This document shows, one piece after another, positions 46,532 through 56,814 of a stretch of 64,000 nt of DNA. Every line of letters starts with the position of its first letter. Within the stretch, counting starts at the first letter, position 1. The stretch comes from an uncultured Clostridium sp. (GTDB lineage Bacteria > Bacillota > Clostridia > Christensenellales > CAG-138), in NCBI GenBank assembly GCA_964392455.1, contig CAYMPG010000009.1, positions 6,896-70,895 of the forward strand. Reading direction: 5' to 3'. The position numbers and the translations under genes are program-made. The notes under the pieces were generated by a model, which worked only from the letters and a program-made list of their open reading frames with translations, did not search any database and had not been told where the DNA came from.

Positions 46532-46669
46532 ATGGTAAACTGTACCCAGTGGCAGTATAAATAAAGCGTAATCCTTTTTCTGCCAGGTGCTTCTATTCCC
46601 ACAAAAAAGACAGGGACAGGCGGCGAAAAGTACTCCGTCGGCTTTCCCGGAAAGCGAAAATGGTCTCAT

Positions 46670-47569
46670 ATGAACAGAATCCCCATCATGATTGATACTG
46701 ACCCCGGCGTGGATGATTTCTTCTGCCTGGCGCTGGGCTGCACCTATTATGACAGGCTGGACCTCAGGGCAGTCGGCTCAATGGGCGGCAATCACCATAT
46801 AGAGGTCACCACCCAGAATGCGCTGAATGTGCTGGGCCTGTTTGGCACTGATGCGCCTGTTGCCCGAGGGGCAGACAGATATCTTACCGCTGACTTTGGG
46901 GAGCCCGGAGTAAAGTTTCATGGGGAAAACGGCATGGGCAATGTTGCTCTGCCACACAGCGACAAAGCTGCGGATAAGCTGCCCGCATGGGATAAGCTTT
47001 ACAGCGAGGCTGTAAGGGCGGAGGGAGAGCTGGTGCTGGTGACTGTGGGGCCGTTGACAAATATAGCCCTTGCCCTGAAAAAGCATCCAGACCTTCCCCA
47101 ATACATAAAAAAGATAGTCATGATGGGCGGCTCTGTGGGCAGGGGAAATATCACCCCCTATGCCGAGGCAAATGTGGGCCATGATGTGCCTGCTGCAAAG
47201 CTGGTATTTGACAGCGGCATACCTATAGACATGGTGGGCCTGAATGTTACCCTTGTGTGCCCGATAGATATGAATGTATTCGGCGGCCGTGAGCAGGATG
47301 CAAGGCAGGATATATTGTCCATCATGAAGCAGCTCATAGCCTTCCGCAGGGGAGAGGCAATGCATGACGCCGTGGCCATTGCCACAATGCTGGATGACGG
47401 CCTCATGGAATGGAAGCAGGGCCGGGTGCAGGTGGAGACTGAGGACACTGAGCGCATGGGCCAGACAGTTTTGCAGCAGGATAGCCAGGGCTGCCACCGG
47501 GTGGCGGTGAGTGTGGATGTTGCAAGGTATAATGCCATTATCAGCGGCATGCTGAATAGGCTGAAATAG
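46670..47569 (+). CDS. Nucleoside hydrolase (IUNH family)
   Basis: N-terminal [18 protein letters not shown] (DxDxxxDD Ca-binding signature), TVGPLTNIA, and a His-containing HDAVA motif. Confidence 0.88.
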   Translation: MNRIPIMIDTDPGVDDFFCLALGCTYYDRLDLRAVGSMGGNHHIEVTTQNALNVLGLFGTDAPVARGADRYLTADFGEPGVKFHGENGMGNVALPHSDKAADKLPAWDKLYSEAVRAEGELVLVTVGPLTNIALALKKHPDLPQYIKKIVMMGGSVGRGNITPYAEANVGHDVPAAKLVFDSGIPIDMVGLNVTLVCPIDMNVFGGREQDARQDILSIMKQLIAFRRGEAMHDAVAIATMLDDGLMEWKQGRVQVETEDTERMGQTVLQQDSQGCHRVAVSVDVARYNAIISGMLNRLK

Positions 47570-47636
47570 CGGCCGCCGGCATTGCGTAAGTAAATACATA
47601 ATAGCTTTTTCAGAGAAACGAAAGGTGTTGATAAAT

Positions 47637-48170
47637 ATGTCTCTTAAAGGTACTACCATAGTGGCAGTAAGGCGAAACGGCAAATGTGCCGTGGCTGGCG
47701 ACGGTCAGGTGACCATGGGGGAAAAGACCATCATGAAGGGCACCGCCCGCAAGGTGCGTCGGCTGTATAATGGCAAGGTGGTGGTGGGCTTTGCAGGGTC
47801 TGTGGCAGATGCATTCTCCCTGTGCGAAAAATTTGAAGCGAAGCTTACCCAGTATAGCGGTGGCCTGAAAAAGGCGGCTGTGGCCCTCGCCCAGGAGTGG
47901 CGCAGCGATAAGGCCATGCGGCAGCTTGAGGCCATGCTGATTGCCGCAAATGAGGATGAGCTGCTGGTAATATCCGGCACAGGCGAGGTGATAGACCCTG
48001 ATGACGGCATCGCCGCGATCGGCTCAGGCGGAATGTACGCAATGGCGGCTGCAAAGGCGCTGCTGGAGAATACCGACCTTGAGGCAAGGGACATTGCACA
48101 CAAGGCCATACGCATAGCCTCTGAGATATGCGTATTTACCAACGGAAATATTACCCTGGAGGAAGTATAA
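47637..48170 (+). CDS. hslV: ATP-dependent protease subunit HslV
   Basis: [36 protein letters not shown] and GSGGMYA motifs. Confidence 0.95.
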   Translation: MSLKGTTIVAVRRNGKCAVAGDGQVTMGEKTIMKGTARKVRRLYNGKVVVGFAGSVADAFSLCEKFEAKLTQYSGGLKKAAVALAQEWRSDKAMRQLEAMLIAANEDELLVISGTGEVIDPDDGIAAIGSGGMYAMAAAKALLENTDLEARDIAHKAIRIASEICVFTNGNITLEEV

Positions 48171-48175
48171 GCCCT

Positions 48176-49552
48176 ATGATGACCCCAAGAGAAACAGTAG
48201 AGGCGCTGGATAGATACATAATCGGCCAGGCAGAGGCAAAGCGTGCAGTGGCCATAGCTCTTAGAAACCGCTACAGGCGCAGCCGTCTTTCGCCGGAGCT
48301 CAGGGAGGAGATAACCCCTAAAAACATCATTATGATGGGGCCCACAGGCGTTGGCAAGACCGAGATAGCAAGACGGCTTGCAAAGCTGGTGGATGCGCCC
48401 TTTGTAAAGGTGGAGGCCACCAAGTTTACAGAGGTTGGCTATGTTGGCCGGGATGTGGATTCCATGATAAGAGATCTTGTGGAGGCGGCAATACGTCTGT
48501 GCAAGGAGCAGCGCATGAAGGCAGTAAGGGTAACTGCTGAGGCAAATGCCGAGCAGCGGCTGATAGAGGCGCTGATGCCTGCATACAAATCCGGCTGGAA
48601 GGCCCCTGAAAACCCGCTGCAATTTCTTCTGGGCAGCAGCAAGCCCCCAGAGGAGCTCAGCGAGGAGGAAAAGAGCCAGCGTATGTCTAAACGGGAGGAG
48701 ATAGCCAGGGCGCTGCGGGCAGGTCAGCTGGAGGATGAAATAGTTGAAATACAGATAGAGCAGCCAAATAACGGCTCCAATGCCATGATTGCCATGGGCA
48801 TAGACGTTAACCTCAATGAGATGATGGGCGGCATACTTCCCCCGAAGAAAAAGAACCGCCGGGTAAAGGTATCCGAGGCGAGGAAGCTGCTTATTCAGGA
48901 TGAGAGCGAAAAGCTCATCGATATGGATGAGGTCACCCAGGAGGCCATAGAGCGGGCGGAGCAGGACGGCATAGTTTTTATCGACGAGATAGATAAAATC
49001 GCCGCCGCCGCAAATACCCACGGAGCAGATGTATCCCGTGAGGGCGTGCAGAGGGATATACTGCCCATAGTTGAAGGCTGCACCGTTACCACCAAGTACG
49101 GCCCGGTAAAGACGGACTATATCCTCTTTATCGCTGCGGGTGCATTCCATGTATCCAAGGTATCAGACCTTATCCCTGAGCTTCAGGGACGCTTCCCCAT
49201 AAGGGTAAAGCTGGAGCCTCTCAGCGTGGAGGATTACCGCAGCATACTCATTCAGCCTGAGCATGCCATCACCAAGCAGTATGAGGCTCTGCTGAAGACG
49301 GATAATATCCTGCTTTCTTTCACTGATGACGCCATAACGGCCATTGCCCGGGCTGCATTCAATGCAAATGAGTGCGAGGAAAACATCGGCGCAAGGCGGC
49401 TGCACACGATAGTTGAAAACCTGCTGGATGATATTTCATTCAATGCAGGCGGAGATCATCCCATCACAAGGGTAGTGGTGGATGAGGAATACGTTAAGGA
49501 GCATATAAGCAAGGAATACGAGGGAGAGGATCTGCAAAGGTTCATCCTTTAG
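48176..49552 (+). CDS. hslU: ATP-dependent protease ATPase subunit HslU
   Basis: [18 protein letters not shown], Walker [27 protein letters not shown] and GARRLHT motifs. Confidence 0.96.
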   Translation: MMTPRETVEALDRYIIGQAEAKRAVAIALRNRYRRSRLSPELREEITPKNIIMMGPTGVGKTEIARRLAKLVDAPFVKVEATKFTEVGYVGRDVDSMIRDLVEAAIRLCKEQRMKAVRVTAEANAEQRLIEALMPAYKSGWKAPENPLQFLLGSSKPPEELSEEEKSQRMSKREEIARALRAGQLEDEIVEIQIEQPNNGSNAMIAMGIDVNLNEMMGGILPPKKKNRRVKVSEARKLLIQDESEKLIDMDEVTQEAIERAEQDGIVFIDEIDKIAAAANTHGADVSREGVQRDILPIVEGCTVTTKYGPVKTDYILFIAAGAFHVSKVSDLIPELQGRFPIRVKLEPLSVEDYRSILIQPEHAITKQYEALLKTDNILLSFTDDAITAIARAAFNANECEENIGARRLHTIVENLLDDISFNAGGDHPITRVVVDEEYVKEHISKEYEGEDLQRFIL

Positions 49553-49559
49553 TGGGAGT

Positions 49560-50597
49560 ATGATGCACAGGATAGCTACAATCATATCAGCTGCAATGAC
49601 TGTGGCGCTGCTTTCAGGCTGCGTTCAGGCCGCCACCACTGCAAATACAAACGTGGAGGTGCTGGATGAGCAGGATGCAGGGTCTGTATTTGAGCTGTCT
49701 GCAGCTCCCACGGCTACCCCGGTGATAACCTACGTGCCCAGGGAGATAGAGGAGCTGAGGGCGGAGGCGGCGGCATTGGCCGTGTATATGTCCGCCGTGT
49801 CACAGCCTGAGGCCCAGCCGTCACCTGCACCCACTGAAACTCCTGCTCCCGAAAAGAGCGCCGAGCCTAAGGCCACCACAAAGCCCGAAAGCACAAAGAA
49901 GCCTGAGTATACCGTGAAGGATGTGGAAAATCAGGCGGGCTACGTTTGTGCAAAGAGCGTAAACCTGCGTTCAGGCCCGGGCACAGATTATGACATAATA
50001 AAGGAATACGACCAGTACCGTGAGCTCACCGTTACCGGCAAGACCGGGGACTGGTACAGGGTCACAGTGGGCAGCAGAGAGGGCTTTATGCTGAAGAAGT
50101 ACGTAAAGCTTGGCGAGGTGCCGAAGGCCACTCCAAAGCCCACTGCGAAGCCCACAGCTACCCCCAGCCCAACTCAGGCGCCTGAGCTTACTCCATCTGT
50201 GGAAAATACGCCTGAGCCCACGCCGGCGCCTACTCAGGCTCCCTCGTCGGACATGCCCTCAGGCGGGGCATACACGGGGGACGAGCTGTATCTGCTGTCT
50301 CAGCTCGTATATAAGGAGGGGGATGGCCAGAGCTATGTGGCCGTTGCCAACGTTATACTCAATCGTATAAACAGCAGCAAGTTTCCAAATACCGTAAATG
50401 GGGTGGTATACCAGAAAAATCAGTTTTCCACCTCCAGCCTTAAATCCCCCAGCTCAGCCGCAAAGGAGGCTGTAACGTCGGTATTTGTGTACGGCAATAC
50501 GGTGCTGCCGTCAAATGTGTACTATTTCCGCACAGCCTCAAGCTGGAGCGGGCATGAGCTCTATGGCAAAATAGGCGGAAACTATTTTTATTATTAA
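49560..50597 (+). CDS. SleB/CwlJ-family cell wall hydrolase with an SH3 domain (lipoprotein)
   Basis: Lipobox LLSGC, a Pro/Thr/Ala linker, SH3_3-like NLRSGPGTDYDIIKEYDQYRELTVTGKTGDWYRV, and C-terminal Hydrolase_2-like VANVILNRINSSKFPNTVNGVVYQKNQFS. Confidence 0.8.
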   Translation: MMHRIATIISAAMTVALLSGCVQAATTANTNVEVLDEQDAGSVFELSAAPTATPVITYVPREIEELRAEAAALAVYMSAVSQPEAQPSPAPTETPAPEKSAEPKATTKPESTKKPEYTVKDVENQAGYVCAKSVNLRSGPGTDYDIIKEYDQYRELTVTGKTGDWYRVTVGSREGFMLKKYVKLGEVPKATPKPTAKPTATPSPTQAPELTPSVENTPEPTPAPTQAPSSDMPSGGAYTGDELYLLSQLVYKEGDGQSYVAVANVILNRINSSKFPNTVNGVVYQKNQFSTSSLKSPSSAAKEAVTSVFVYGNTVLPSNVYYFRTASSWSGHELYGKIGGNYFYY

Positions 50598-50664
50598 TAA
50601 TATCCCTGCCGTCAGGGCAGAATAATACCGCAATTTCCAAAGGAAAGGCGGTATTTTTTTATTT

Positions 50665-53049
50665 ATGAAGGCTGTAATAATGGCGGGCGGCCAGGGAAAA
50701 CGCCTGCGCCCCATAACCTGCACCATGCCAAAGCCAATGGTGCCGCTGCTGAATAAGCCTGTGATAGATTACTGCATAGAGCTTCTCAAGCGCCACGGAA
50801 TAGAGGACATAACGGCGACCCTCCACTACCTGCCAAATGTTATAACAGCCCACTGTGCAGATGGAAAAAGATACGGGGTAAAGCTGGGCTATTCGGTGGA
50901 AAAGGTGCCCCTTGGCACTGCCGGGAGTGTAAGATTGGCTTTAGGCAGCAGATTGGAGAGAGCGCTTATCATCAGCGGCGATGCCATGACAGACCTTGAT
51001 ATAACCGATGCCATAAGCGCCCACGAGGCAAGCGGGGCACCTGTTACCATTGTGCTAAAGCAGGTGGAGGTGCCTACGGAATACGGCGTTGCCCTAAAAA
51101 ACAGGGCGGGGCGGATATACAGGTTTATCGAAAAGCCCATGCTGTCAGAGGTATTCAGCGACCTTGCCAATACCGGCATATACATACTGGAGCCTGAGGT
51201 GATCGAGAGAATACCACGGGGAAGGGAATTTGACTTCAGCAAAGACCTTTTCCCATTGCTGCTCAGGGAAAATATAACCATTAACGGCTATGTAACGGAT
51301 AAATACTGGTGCGATATAGGGGACATAGCCCAGTATAAGGCTGCTCAGCGGGATATGCTCCTGGGACGCTGCGCCTTTGAAACTGCCGCTGAAAAGCGGG
51401 ATGGGGTATGGGTAGAGCCAGGTGCCCATATATCAGATCAAGCCGTGCTTACAGGCTGCTGCTACATAGGCAGCGGTGCAGAGATAGGGGCGGCGGTGAT
51501 AAGCGATGGCACGGTGATAGGCTCGGGAGCCCGCATGGGAGATAACAGCAGCGCCAAGCGCACCGTAATAATGCACAGCGCCACAGTGCGGGAAAATGTG
51601 GAGCTTCGTGGAGCCGTGCTTTGCGAGGGTGCAGAGGTGGAAAGCGGAGCATCCCTATTTAACGATACGGTGATAGGCTGCGGCGGCCGCGTGGGAAAAA
51701 ACAGCACCGTCAGCAATGGTGCATCCGTATGGCCAGATAAGCGGGTGCAGCCTGAGCAGTGCTGCCGGGATAATATAAGGTGGGAGGAGGGCAATGGCCC
51801 TGCGGAAGCAAATACTGTCGGGTATACGGATACCGTACTTACGCCGGAGCGTGCCGCAAGGGCGGGCGGCGCATTTGCAGCCTGTCTTGGCCAGCTGCCT
51901 GTGGAAGCGGCCGTGGCAACGGATGGCAGTCAGCAGGGAGTGATGCTGAAGCATGGCATTATTTCCGGCCTTGTTGCCCAGGGGGTGGATGTGGCGGATC
52001 TGGGTTATTGCTCACGCTCGGCCTTTGAGCATGGCATAAGGGAATTTGGCTACAGGGGCGGCGTATATATAAGCTGCTGCTCTGCGCCCCACAGGGCAGA
52101 GCTTATGCTGTATGACAGCACAGGCACAGACCTTACCGCCAGCGCATACCGCACCTTTGAGCAGGAGCTCAGAGCGGGCGCGAAAAGGCCACTTACCTCT
52201 GAAAGGCTTGGCATAGTGCAGCGGGTAAACAGCGTATCCAGAGCCTATGAAGCCCACCTTAGCCGCATGACACATTCTGTTCGGAGCGGCAGCAATGGTA
52301 TTATTGTGCTGGTTGGCGGCAGGCCGGATGTATACGACAGCGTGGCAAGGGTGCTGTTGCCCTGCGGCTATGGCGTAAAATACTTCAGTGGCGGCAGAGA
52401 CAGGCTTTGCGGGGCAGCGTTGGAGCAGGGGGCCCATTTGGCCTTTTACTATGACGACTGTATATTGAGCACAGTTATAGGCGGAAGCACTGTGCCTGAG
52501 GACAGGCTTACCATGGCGCTGACGCTTGCGGCAGTAGCGGACGGAAGAGCAAATCCTGTGGTGATGCCCTCAAGCATGCCGGATGAATATGCAAGGCTTG
52601 TGAACGACAGAGGAGCAAGGGTGATACTTAGCTCATCAAAGCGGGGCAGATGGGCGAGAACGGCCCTGGAAAAGGGAGCATATCTGCCGGAGCTTTTTGA
52701 GCCGGAGGCACGGATGATACGGCTGGCAGAGCTTACCCTATCAGGCAAGCTGAAGGAATATCTTGATATGCTGCCCGGCGTGAAAATGACAGAGACCCAG
52801 GTGAAATGTGGCTGGAAGGATATGGGGCGCATGCTAAGGAGCCTGGTGGATACAGAAGCTCAGGAAAACGTGAAGCTTATAGACGGCGTAAAGGTGAAGG
52901 CCGACAGGGGCTGGGTGCTTGTGCAGCCCAATGATGCCTTTACGGCCTGCCGGGTCATAGCGGGCAGTATGGATGCGGAGTATTCCAGGGAGCTTACCGA
53001 CATATATGGCGAAAAGCTGCGGCACATAGCTGAAAATAAGGATAAATAA
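50665..53049 (+). CDS. Sugar-phosphate nucleotidyltransferase fused to a left-handed beta-helix and a phosphohexomutase-like C-terminal region
   Basis: MKAVIMAGGQGKRLRPITCTMPKPMVPLLNKPVIDY (NTP-transferase G-loop), hexapeptide-like repeats around aa 260-370, then a PGM/PMM-like four-domain region. Confidence 0.8.
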   Translation: MKAVIMAGGQGKRLRPITCTMPKPMVPLLNKPVIDYCIELLKRHGIEDITATLHYLPNVITAHCADGKRYGVKLGYSVEKVPLGTAGSVRLALGSRLERALIISGDAMTDLDITDAISAHEASGAPVTIVLKQVEVPTEYGVALKNRAGRIYRFIEKPMLSEVFSDLANTGIYILEPEVIERIPRGREFDFSKDLFPLLLRENITINGYVTDKYWCDIGDIAQYKAAQRDMLLGRCAFETAAEKRDGVWVEPGAHISDQAVLTGCCYIGSGAEIGAAVISDGTVIGSGARMGDNSSAKRTVIMHSATVRENVELRGAVLCEGAEVESGASLFNDTVIGCGGRVGKNSTVSNGASVWPDKRVQPEQCCRDNIRWEEGNGPAEANTVGYTDTVLTPERAARAGGAFAACLGQLPVEAAVATDGSQQGVMLKHGIISGLVAQGVDVADLGYCSRSAFEHGIREFGYRGGVYISCCSAPHRAELMLYDSTGTDLTASAYRTFEQELRAGAKRPLTSERLGIVQRVNSVSRAYEAHLSRMTHSVRSGSNGIIVLVGGRPDVYDSVARVLLPCGYGVKYFSGGRDRLCGAALEQGAHLAFYYDDCILSTVIGGSTVPEDRLTMALTLAAVADGRANPVVMPSSMPDEYARLVNDRGARVILSSSKRGRWARTALEKGAYLPELFEPEARMIRLAELTLSGKLKEYLDMLPGVKMTETQVKCGWKDMGRMLRSLVDTEAQENVKLIDGVKVKADRGWVLVQPNDAFTACRVIAGSMDAEYSRELTDIYGEKLRHIAENKDK

Positions 53050-53136
53050 TCATAAAGGCAGGCGGATGCTCCGCTTGCTTTTTTGCTGTAGTGTGGGTAA
53101 AATATTAGAGCTATAATGCTTTATTCAGGAGCGGAA

Positions 53137-53598
53137 ATGTTTAACATAGTGCTTGTAAATCCGGAAATACCGCCAAATACCGGCAATATATCCCGCACCT
53201 GTGCCGTTACCGGCACAAGGCTGCACCTGGTGCGCCCCCTTGGCTTTGAGATAAGCGACAGGACTCTTAAGCGGGCGGGGCTGGATTACTGGAAGGATCT
53301 GGATGTGCGCTACTATGATTCCTTTGAGGAGGTAGAGGCGACGTATCCAGAGGGCAGGTTTTTCCTTACATCCACCCACGCAAGGCGCAGCTATACCCAG
53401 GTGGAATACCGGGATGGGGATTTTATAGTGTTCGGCAGGGAAACTGCGGGCCTTGGCCCGGAGCTATTGTCCCGCAGGGAGAAGGACACCATAAGGATAC
53501 CCATGCTGCCACAGCAGCGCTCGCTCAATCTATCCAATTCGGCGGCAATAGTGCTGTATGAGGCTCTGCGGCAGAACGGATTTCAAGGTCTTGAATAG
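53137..53598 (+). CDS. trmL: tRNA (cytidine/uridine34-2'-O)-methyltransferase TrmL (SpoU family)
   Basis: Start placed at MFNIVLVNPEIPPNTGNISRTC. Contains FGRETAGL and LNLSNSAAIVLYE. Confidence 0.9.
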   Translation: MFNIVLVNPEIPPNTGNISRTCAVTGTRLHLVRPLGFEISDRTLKRAGLDYWKDLDVRYYDSFEEVEATYPEGRFFLTSTHARRSYTQVEYRDGDFIVFGRETAGLGPELLSRREKDTIRIPMLPQQRSLNLSNSAAIVLYEALRQNGFQGLE

Positions 53599-53723
53599 CT
53601 GAAAAAGGCCTTGTTGGCATGAAAAAACGGGCAGATGGGGCCGTCTTGAGCCCATCTTGCACAAAGCCCTGAAAAAAATGGCAGAATATATTAAAAAATC
53701 CCCACAGAAAGGCACTTTTGCCC

Positions 53724-53752
53724 TTGACAGGGGAACATTATTTGGTTAAAAT
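53724..53752 (+). promoter_or_regulatory. Sigma-A promoter of rplM-rpsI
   Basis: TTGACA (53724..53729), a 17-nt spacer, TAAAAT (53747..53752). This leaves a leader of about 110 nt before the rplM ATG. Confidence 0.65.
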
Positions 53753-53871
53753 AGCAAATGTGCGTTTGGTAGGATAGGTGATTCTGCGGCCACAGCCCCG
53801 GCACGCTGACGTCACAGCCCTATTAAATAAACAAATAATATTATTTTAAAATCTACTCAGGAGGTTTAGCC

Positions 53872-54303
53872 ATGAATACCTATATGGCAAAAGGCGAAAC
53901 CGTAGAACGCAAGTGGTACGTTGTAGACGCAGAGGGTATGGTACTTGGCCGTCTCGCTTCTCAGGTTGCCTCTATTCTTCGCGGTAAACATAAGCCCATA
54001 TATACTCCCCACGTTGATACCGGCGATCACGTTATCATCGTAAACGCTGACAAGGTCGTACTGACCGGCGCAAAGCTTGACAAGAAAAAGTATTATCATC
54101 ACAGTGGCTATCCCGGAGGACTCAAGGAGCTCACTTATCGTCAGCTCATGGCCAAGAAGCCCGAGTTCGCCGTATACGAAGCCATCCGTCTGATGATGCC
54201 CAAGGGCCCCCTTGGTCGTCAGATGCTCAAGAAGGTTCGCATTTATGCCGGCCCCGAGCATAAGAACGCAGCCCAGAAGCCCGAGACTCTGGTGCTCAAA
54301 TAA
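53872..54303 (+). CDS. rplM: 50S ribosomal protein L13
   Basis: [47 protein letters not shown]. Confidence 0.97.
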   Translation: MNTYMAKGETVERKWYVVDAEGMVLGRLASQVASILRGKHKPIYTPHVDTGDHVIIVNADKVVLTGAKLDKKKYYHHSGYPGGLKELTYRQLMAKKPEFAVYEAIRLMMPKGPLGRQMLKKVRIYAGPEHKNAAQKPETLVLK

Positions 54304-54321
54304 TTAAGGAGGAACACAGAA

Positions 54322-54717
54322 ATGGCAGCCATTACTCAGTATCTTGGTACCGGCAGACGTAAGAAGTCCATTGCTCGCGTTCGCCTTATCTCCGGCACCG
54401 GCGTTATCACCATCAACGGACGTGACGTTGAGGAATACTTCGGCTATGAGACCCTTAAGATGATCGTTCGCGCTCCCCTGGTGCTTACTGACACCCTGAG
54501 CAAGTTCGACGTTAAGGTCAATGTTCACGGCGGCGGCACCACCGGTCAGGCCGGTGCTATCCGTCACGGCATCTCCCGCGCCCTTCTGGTTGCAGAGCCT
54601 GAGCTCCGCGGCACCCTCAAGAAGGCCGGCTATCTGACTCGTGACCCCAGAATGAAGGAGAGGAAAAAGTACGGTCTCAAGGCCGCACGTCGTGCTCCCC
54701 AGTTCTCCAAGCGTTAA
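54322..54717 (+). CDS. rpsI: 30S ribosomal protein S9
   Basis: [12 protein letters not shown]...[19 protein letters not shown]...[25 protein letters not shown]. Confidence 0.97.
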   Translation: MAAITQYLGTGRRKKSIARVRLISGTGVITINGRDVEEYFGYETLKMIVRAPLVLTDTLSKFDVKVNVHGGGTTGQAGAIRHGISRALLVAEPELRGTLKKAGYLTRDPRMKERKKYGLKAARRAPQFSKR

Positions 54718-54733
54718 TCTGCTTACAAACATT

Positions 54734-54764
54734 ATCCCGCAGAGAATCCTCTGCGGGATTTTTG
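54734..54764 (+). terminator. Intrinsic terminator after rpsI
   Basis: ATCCCGCAGAG-aatc-CTCTGCGGGAT-TTTTG. Confidence 0.85.
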
Positions 54765-54809
54765 TATGTGCAAACATGGGGCGGCGGGTGCTATGGGGAT
54801 GCAGGCCCG

Positions 54810-54838
54810 TTGACAGGAACAGGATATAATGCTAAAAT
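54810..54838 (+). promoter_or_regulatory. Sigma-A promoter upstream of the small membrane protein gene
   Basis: TTGACA (54810..54815), a 17-nt spacer, TAAAAT (54833..54838). Confidence 0.55.
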
Positions 54839-54947
54839 CTGCTTTGAAAAGGATATGTATGATTAAAGGCTGCCCTATGGCGGCTTTCTAAAAGACAATG
54901 AGTTAGCGAGAGATAACTCGACGGCTTTATTTGAAAAGGAGAACAGT

Positions 54948-55169
54948 ATGGCTAACAAAACAAAGACTGCGCTTATTATTGGGGGCATCTGCATTATTCT
55001 TGCTGCCCCTCTTTTGGGTACCGGCCTTGCAGGAATATATCTAAGGCTGCTGGGCGGGATGGAAACGGGAAAATATATGCTGATAATGGAAGGCTGTATT
55101 CGCAGCCTCCAGCTTACAGGCGGATTGATGGCTGCATACGCCGCACTGTCAAAGGGGCAGGCGGCGTAA
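54948..55169 (+). CDS. Small two-helix membrane protein, hypothetical
   Basis: 73 aa. RBS AAAAGGAGA lies 6 nt upstream. Predicted helices are ALIIGGICIILAAPLLGTGLAG and LTGGLMAAYAAL. A hairpin plus T-run follows at about 55211..55243. Confidence 0.5.
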   Translation: MANKTKTALIIGGICIILAAPLLGTGLAGIYLRLLGGMETGKYMLIMEGCIRSLQLTGGLMAAYAALSKGQAA

Positions 55170-55428
55170 TTATGCACGCAGCCTGATCAAATCTCAGGTA
55201 TGGGCCGGGGAGCATGCCATTGTGATGGTATGCTCTTTTATATGCTGAGATAACCCGGCTATGCGGGGACTTGGCCGGGATAAAATGCGTATTCACAGAA
55301 TATCATATAGCAAAAACGTTCAAAAAGGTGTAAAATAAACCTGATGAGCATATACCATGCTCCATAAAACAGGAAACACGCAGCTCTTTATGTTTTAAAA
55401 ACAAGGCTATCGAAAGGAAAAACAGCAT

Positions 55429-56787
55429 ATGGCAAGATTGTTCGGAACGGACGGAGTAAGAGGCGTTGCCAATAGAGACCTGAGCATTGAGCTGGCAATG
55501 AAGATAGGCGTTGCCGGCGCATATGTGCTGACGAGTGAGGTGCATAAGCCCAGAATACTGATGGGCAGAGATACCCGTATGTCAGGCGATATGCTTGCTG
55601 CGGCACTTACGGCGGGAATATGCTCCGTGGGCGGGGATGTTATAGACGTGGGGGTGATACCTACGCCTGCCATGGCCTACCTTGCACGGCTGTATGAGGC
55701 GGATGCGGCTGTAATGGTCAGCGCATCTCACAATACCATGGAGTATAATGGCATAAAGTGGTTCAATGGCAAGGGGTTCAAGCTTTCAGACGAGCTGGAG
55801 GATCGTATAGAGGAGCTGATAAAGAAGGGCTTCACCTTTGAGCGACCGGAGGGCGCCGATGTGGGCCATGTGATAGTTGCGAAAAAGGCGGCGGAGGAAT
55901 ACAAGGAGTTTCTTAAATCTACGGCGGAGCACCGCTTTGATGGCATAACCGTGGTGCTGGATTGCGCCAATGGTGCAGCCGCCGCTCTGGCCTACGATGT
56001 GTTTACAGACCTGGGCGCAAAGGTATACTCAAGGGCGGATGAGCCAGACGGCGTGAATATCAATTTTAAGTGCGGTTCCACCCATCCTGAAAGGCTCCAG
56101 GAGCTGGTTGCAGAATCCGATGCGGATGTGGGTTTCGCCTTTGATGGGGATGCAGATAGAGTGATAGCCACGGATGAGCGCGGCAATATAGTGGATGGCG
56201 ACAGGATAATGGGCATCTGTGCTAAGGCCATGAAGAAGCAGGGCAGGCTCAGGGGAGATACTCTGGTGCTGACGGTGATGTCAAATATCGGCCTTAAGAA
56301 GCACATGAAGGAGCAGGGCATAAACGTGGTGGAGACCAAGGTGGGCGACAGATACGTTTTGGAAAAAATGCTTCAGGAGGGCTATTCCATAGGCGGAGAG
56401 CAGTCAGGCCACATCATATTCCTGGATAAGAACACCACCGGCGATGGTATGCTCAGCGCCATACAGGCCCTTGATGTTATGAAGGCCACCGGAAGAAAAA
56501 TGTCCGCACTGGCGGCAGAAATACCAATATACCCCCAGGTGCTGGTGAATGTAATAGTGGATAATACGATAAAGCAGACCGCCATGGAGGATGAAGACCT
56601 CTGGAACAGGATACATGAGGTGGAGCAGAAGCTGAGCGACAGCGGCAGGGTGCTGGTGCGGGCATCAGGCACAGAGCCGCTTATAAGGGTGATGCTTGAA
56701 GGACGGGATACCGATGAGATAGGCGAATATGCAATATACATCGTAAAGGTCATCGAGCAGAAATTCGGCGGCAGGATACGAAGCTGA
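55429..56787 (+). CDS. glmM: Phosphoglucosamine mutase
   Basis: MARLFGTDGVRGVAN, the phosphoserine loop VSASHNTMEYNGIKW, and the metal loop FDGDADRV. Confidence 0.97.
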   Translation: MARLFGTDGVRGVANRDLSIELAMKIGVAGAYVLTSEVHKPRILMGRDTRMSGDMLAAALTAGICSVGGDVIDVGVIPTPAMAYLARLYEADAAVMVSASHNTMEYNGIKWFNGKGFKLSDELEDRIEELIKKGFTFERPEGADVGHVIVAKKAAEEYKEFLKSTAEHRFDGITVVLDCANGAAAALAYDVFTDLGAKVYSRADEPDGVNINFKCGSTHPERLQELVAESDADVGFAFDGDADRVIATDERGNIVDGDRIMGICAKAMKKQGRLRGDTLVLTVMSNIGLKKHMKEQGINVVETKVGDRYVLEKMLQEGYSIGGEQSGHIIFLDKNTTGDGMLSAIQALDVMKATGRKMSALAAEIPIYPQVLVNVIVDNTIKQTAMEDEDLWNRIHEVEQKLSDSGRVLVRASGTEPLIRVMLEGRDTDEIGEYAIYIVKVIEQKFGGRIRS

Positions 56788-56814
56788 GGAGCTTAATATT
56801 TAAAATAAACCACG

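Noticed and set aside
46532-46669. Possible ykkC-family (guanidine/PRPP/ppGpp) riboswitch before the nucleoside hydrolase, based on ACAGGCGGCGAAAAG...CCCGGAAAG.
   Set aside because: Only the 3' half shows vague similarity from memory. The conserved 5' elements (GGGUUCCG / GGUCCGAGAG-like) are absent. I could not draw a convincing fold, so it is mentioned only as a leader worth scanning.
47705-49150. Very long antisense ORFs opposite real genes. Examples: 481 aa opposite hslU, 366 aa opposite glyQS (57124..58224), 351 aa opposite nifS (3935..4990), 353 aa opposite smc/ftsY (27760..28821), 315 aa at 15096..16043, and many others.
   Set aside because: I checked the frame arithmetic. Almost all of them lie in the codon-aligned antisense frame of the annotated gene; for example, 48176 and 49148 are both 2 mod 3, and 57301 and 57124 are both 1 mod 3. 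In that frame, stops arise only from the sense codons TTA, CTA and TCA, which this GC-rich genome avoids. Their translations are low-complexity with no motifs or RBS. They are shadow ORFs, not genes.
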